The notes under the pieces are model-generated. The model searched no databases, was not told the DNA's origin, and saw only the letters and a program-made list of their open reading frames with translations. Shown piece by piece: positions 60,774 through 64,000 of a stretch of 64,000 nucleotides of DNA. The number at the start of each line of letters is the position of its first letter. The first letter of the stretch is position 1. The DNA lies in NCBI GenBank assembly GCA_016841185.1, contig JAENZQ010000003.1, positions 25,501 to 89,500 of the forward strand, read 5' to 3'. This DNA comes from Anaerovorax odorimutans (GTDB lineage Bacteria; Bacillota; Clostridia; Peptostreptococcales; JAAYPU01). The translations under genes and the position numbers were made by a program.

Positions 60774-61997
60774 CTATGACAATGGTACGGTAAAACGTCC
60801 AGCGCCCATGGATTCTTCAAATGCATCGACTGCAAGGTTATAATCGAGGATCGCATTGGAAAGACCCACTTTTGCCTGAAATACTTTTGTCTGAATTTCC
60901 TGTACATCCGTGAGAATTGCCATACCGGAATCATAAGTCAGCTGTGTCAGCCTCAAGGCTTCCTCCAGTGATTCTACAGACTTTTTACTTGTTTCAACAG
61001 CTGATTTCTTTTGCATCATATCCATATACTTTCCCCTGACATCTATCTCTACATCATCTAATGCTACGACATATTTTTCTGTTGATTCTTCCAAAGCAAC
61101 TCTTTGCTTCTTTACTTCAGAAGCCGAAGTTGATTTTTTCTTTAAACTTTCCATAGTCATTTCGGAAAGATCCAGCTGAAATTTCGCAGCATAGATTTCG
61201 TTTCTTTCTAAAAGTGCTTTTGATACGGCATCTGCTATACCGATGTCCTTTTCTTCCGCATTTTCTGAAATAGTATCTGTTAAAACAACCTCCTGCATTG
61301 GATCATATCCTAACAGTAAATTAAACTTCATTTTTACGTTTTTCAAATTAACAACAGATTCTTCATAATCGGTTTGAGCGCTCATAAGCTCATATTCTGC
61401 AGACAGGACATCCTGCTTTGCAACCATGCCCAACTCAAATTTTGTCTGTGTATCATCATAAAGCTTTTGTCTCACCTCAACATTTTCTTTATTGACTGTA
61501 ACCAATTCATTTAAGTTGTTGACTGTAAAATAAAGCTCCTTTACTTGTGCGTTCAGCATGTTTTCCTCAGCCGTTTTATTTCTGAGTCTTTGATCCTTAT
61601 AAAACTCTCCTGTAAATTTCAATATCTCCGCATCGGAACGGGTAGAACTAATACTGCTTTGTATTAATTCAGCATTAGCATAAGCTTCCGCTTTCTTCTT
61701 TTCATTAGGATATGTGCCTCTAAATAATGTATTTGCAGTATCCCATCCCGCGTTAATAGCTTTAGCATTTTCCGTATACTCCCAATAGGCAGCTACTGCT
61801 TTTTCCTCATTCCAGTCAATGCTCTTTCCCGAAACGCTTTCGTTACGTGCCCTGTCGATAGCCTCTTCCAGCGAAAGGGTTATTGCATCCCCTTGAAAGT
61901 CCATGCTATCTATAACATTGATATCGGCTGATGTGAATACAGCAAAGGAAAGGATCAAACCAAATACTAAAATTCCTGATACAATTTTTTTATTCAT
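60774..61997 (-). CDS. TolC/OEP-family (outer-membrane efflux protein-like) protein with signal peptide
   Basis: 407 aa. After the signal peptide comes LSLEEAIDRARNES, and the protein ends ...LTQLTYDSGMAILTDVQEIQTKVFQAKVGLSNAILDYNLAVDAFEESMG. This is the two-repeat coiled-coil pattern of OEP proteins as I recall it. Confidence 0.6.
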   Translation of the reverse strand: MNKKIVSGILVFGLILSFAVFTSADINVIDSMDFQGDAITLSLEEAIDRARNESVSGKSIDWNEEKAVAAYWEYTENAKAINAGWDTANTLFRGTYPNEKKKAEAYANAELIQSSISSTRSDAEILKFTGEFYKDQRLRNKTAEENMLNAQVKELYFTVNNLNELVTVNKENVEVRQKLYDDTQTKFELGMVAKQDVLSAEYELMSAQTDYEESVVNLKNVKMKFNLLLGYDPMQEVVLTDTISENAEEKDIGIADAVSKALLERNEIYAAKFQLDLSEMTMESLKKKSTSASEVKKQRVALEESTEKYVVALDDVEIDVRGKYMDMMQKKSAVETSKKSVESLEEALRLTQLTYDSGMAILTDVQEIQTKVFQAKVGLSNAILDYNLAVDAFEESMGAGRFTVPLS

Positions 61998-62205
61998 TCT
62001 TATTCCTCCAAACTGACCGGCAAGTCACATTTATATATTTATATTTTATCTTTATAGTTTGTACGAGTCAAGGAGTAGCTTGAAATGTAACATAAATGAA
62101 ATCACTTGAATCTAAATAAAATATTACTAAAGTAAGAGGCGTGTGTAAAGGGTGTAATTGTTAGAGTTTTGTAAGAAATTTAAAAACAGATTATGGAGTA
62201 TAGAG

Positions 62206-62238
62206 AAAAGCTCCCGCCGAATTTCGGCGGGAGCTTTT
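62206..62238. terminator. Strong bidirectional Rho-independent terminator after the acidic surface-protein gene
   Basis: aaaagctcccgccga att tcggcgggagctttt forms a 15-bp GC-rich stem with U-runs on both strands. It lies about 30 nt after the stop at 62271. Confidence 0.85.
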
Positions 62239-62270
62239 GTTTAACTGTTTTTCAGTTTTGTGTCAATGAT

Positions 62271-64000
62271 TTAGATTGTTGGCATATAGGCATTATATTT
62301 GTCGATATCGTCTTCTTCTACTACGAATACCATATCAACTAAGCCATCGCCATCTAAGATATAGATTACGAAATCGCCAGCACGTAAGTCTCTGACTTTG
62401 CCTACTTCAACATCATCAGGAGCATCTCCGTCAAATGTCATGAAGTATACAACAACGTCGTCACTATAATCGTCAACCCATCCGCTTTCTAAGTCAAGTC
62501 CTTCGCTGTCTCGGCTTTCAACGATACCAAAGCCATCAACTACTGCTGCACCAGTTCTAACCATCTCTGCTTGTTTTACTGCATCGCCGCTGTATTTAAC
62601 AACGTATACGAGTCCTGTCTCAGTATCTGCATCAATACCAGTTGGGTTCTTAGTTGTCAGAACATTATCTGGTTCGCCGTTTACAAAGCCTTCAAGTTCA
62701 AATACATCGTCGCCGCTTTCATTTTCTGTTTCATAGACTTTGTTTACTGCAAAGTAGTCTTCAGTTGTGGAAGTTGTTGCGGTAATAAGCATTACGGCAA
62801 TTTTACTGCCATCCAGAGCATAATGTGCAGTATACGAATCATCATCTGTTAGAGAAGAAATTACTTCCCAGTTACTGTCATCGACAGTGTTTTGAGTAAA
62901 GCTATATTCAGCATCATCTACGAAGAAGAATACCGCATCACTGTCAAGTGTTCTGCCTGCCCATCTGTTGCTCTTTTCACTGTAGTCACTTTCAATTGCA
63001 TCACCGGTACTGATAACAACATCCATTTCGTCAATCACATCTCTGGAGGTTAAGCTGTAAGATACAACCGCACCTGTTACTATGTCGGCTCCCCATACAC
63101 TATCCTCAACAATGCTATTAGAAATATCATCGTCGTCTACATCAAATGTTACTGTATCGCCTTCATTTGTGAAGAGCTGGATTCGTGCATTGTCAAAACC
63201 GTCACCGTTATCAAGTCCGACTACAACACCATAGGTATCCGGTGTAGAATCTACTTCCTCGATGTCAAAGATAAATCCGAATTCATCAAGGTATACATCA
63301 TATACATCGCTTACTGAGAATTCACTGATTCCTACGCCGTCGCCTGCTACTTCAAGCTCTACGGAAGCAAGTTTGAATTCGTTGTTATCTGTGTCATATA
63401 CTTTATCGCCTGAAATTTTCTTAACTTTGATTTCTTGTACGTCTCTGGTAACAACAAATTTAACTTTGTCATATTCGTCATCACTGTTTTCTTTATTCGC
63501 TGAAGCATAGATTGTAACGATGTCATCTTCTTCGATATCTTCCAAGTCGTCAACATCGCCTTCAACGATGATATTGTCCATGTCAAGCTCGTCGCCGTCA
63601 TTGTCTACGGTAGGAAGCTCGATACCGAATACGTCGCCATTACCGTCTTCAACGGCATCTTCGATATCATCCAAGTCTCCGTCTTCTGCCATTACTTCAA
63701 GAGTAGGTGCCCATGCAACGATACCGTCAATTTTGTCAAATTTTTCATCATCGTCATCGTCAAATTTACCGTAAACGGTGATTTCAAAACCGTCAAGAAG
63801 ATCTTTAACATCCGCATAATCTGCTTCGCCGCCATTTAGATAAACACCTGCGTCTGAAGCTTTGCCAGTTAATATAGAAACATCATAGTCATCATCATCA
63901 GCATCTGTAATTTCAAGATCGTCTAAATCAAATTCGCCTGTTACGAAATCCGTATAATCGTCATCAATGCCTGTAGTAGCGATGATTACATCATCTTCGT
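62271..64000 (-). CDS. Hyper-acidic secreted/cell-surface protein (putative S-layer or wall-associated); N-terminus off the right edge
   Basis: The reading frame stays open upstream of the track's Met (63692) to the window edge (…VYLNGGEADYADVKDLLDGFEITVYGKFDDDDDEKFDKIDGIVAWAPTLEVMAEDG…). Of the 60 residues after that Met, 27 are D/E and none are K/R. It shows beta-rich repeat-like sequence, a strong terminator and codon usage richer in GC3 than its neighbours. Confidence 0.6.
   Translation of the reverse strand, partial: EDDVIIATTGIDDDYTDFVTGEFDLDDLEITDADDDDYDVSILTGKASDAGVYLNGGEADYADVKDLLDGFEITVYGKFDDDDDEKFDKIDGIVAWAPTLEVMAEDGDLDDIEDAVEDGNGDVFGIELPTVDNDGDELDMDNIIVEGDVDDLEDIEEDDIVTIYASANKENSDDEYDKVKFVVTRDVQEIKVKKISGDKVYDTDNNEFKLASVELEVAGDGVGISEFSVSDVYDVYLDEFGFIFDIEEVDSTPDTYGVVVGLDNGDGFDNARIQLFTNEGDTVTFDVDDDDISNSIVEDSVWGADIVTGAVVSYSLTSRDVIDEMDVVISTGDAIESDYSEKSNRWAGRTLDSDAVFFFVDDAEYSFTQNTVDDSNWEVISSLTDDDSYTAHYALDGSKIAVMLITATTSTTEDYFAVNKVYETENESGDDVFELEGFVNGEPDNVLTTKNPTGIDADTETGLVYVVKYSGDAVKQAEMVRTGAAVVDGFGIVESRDSEGLDLESGWVDDYSDDVVVYFMTFDGDAPDDVEVGKVRDLRAGDFVIYILDGDGLVDMVFVVEEDDIDKYNAYMPTI

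Overview
This is a low-GC chromosomal core region of an endospore-forming Firmicute, apparently Clostridia-like (spoIIE is present). Gene order resembles the Bacillus rpmE-prfA-prmC...ywlC-ywlE-rpiB-upp-atp region. Almost all genes are on the minus strand. All calls rest on manual motif reading of the ORF track and sequence; no database search was possible.

Reading left to right, the window contains:
- coaX (partial) and birA
- a Na+-pumping biotin decarboxylase operon (mmdA, an OadG-like gene, mmdC, mmdB)
- a two-subunit class I fumarase, ftsH, tilS, spoIIE and sfsA
- a sigma-54 activator with a near-consensus -24/-12 promoter in front of lysA, an amino-acid:cation symporter, dapF and possibly a dcyD-like gene
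- tatD and metG with a Met T-box leader
- an orphan BrxD/DUF2791-like ATPase with a DUF1694 gene
- a complete F1Fo atp operon (atpZ-I-B-c4-E-F-H-A-G-D-C)
- mnaA, tagO, comEB, a short-form metH, metF, upp, rpiB, ywlE, tsaC and a CPA-type antiporter
- a plus-strand block: prfA, three unusual genes, DUF1385, prmC
- rpmE, rho, an SLH protein, a TolC-like protein and a hyper-acidic surface protein that runs off the right edge

No rRNA, tRNA, CRISPR array, transposase or integrase was seen.

Three things stand out:
1. The atp operon carries a 350-aa gene encoding four fused c-subunit hairpins, only one of which keeps the ion-binding Glu. It sits next to a normal Na+-motif c subunit, which implies a hybrid rotor ring beyond the Acetobacterium woodii two-hairpin precedent.
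2. A three-gene module lies between prfA and DUF1385-prmC. It comprises a 1628-aa HDIG / helical-repeat / NadD-like / PRTase-like fusion protein, an LDH/MDH-like dehydrogenase with an N-terminal extension, and an iron-sulfur-flavoprotein-like protein with an N-terminal extension.
3. A dispersed family of composite intergenic elements has at least 12 copies. They are built from shared three-letter (G-free or C-free) word modules around AGAAAT...ATTTCT hairpins with compensatory stem changes. Most copies lie between co-directional genes, some inside apparent operons.
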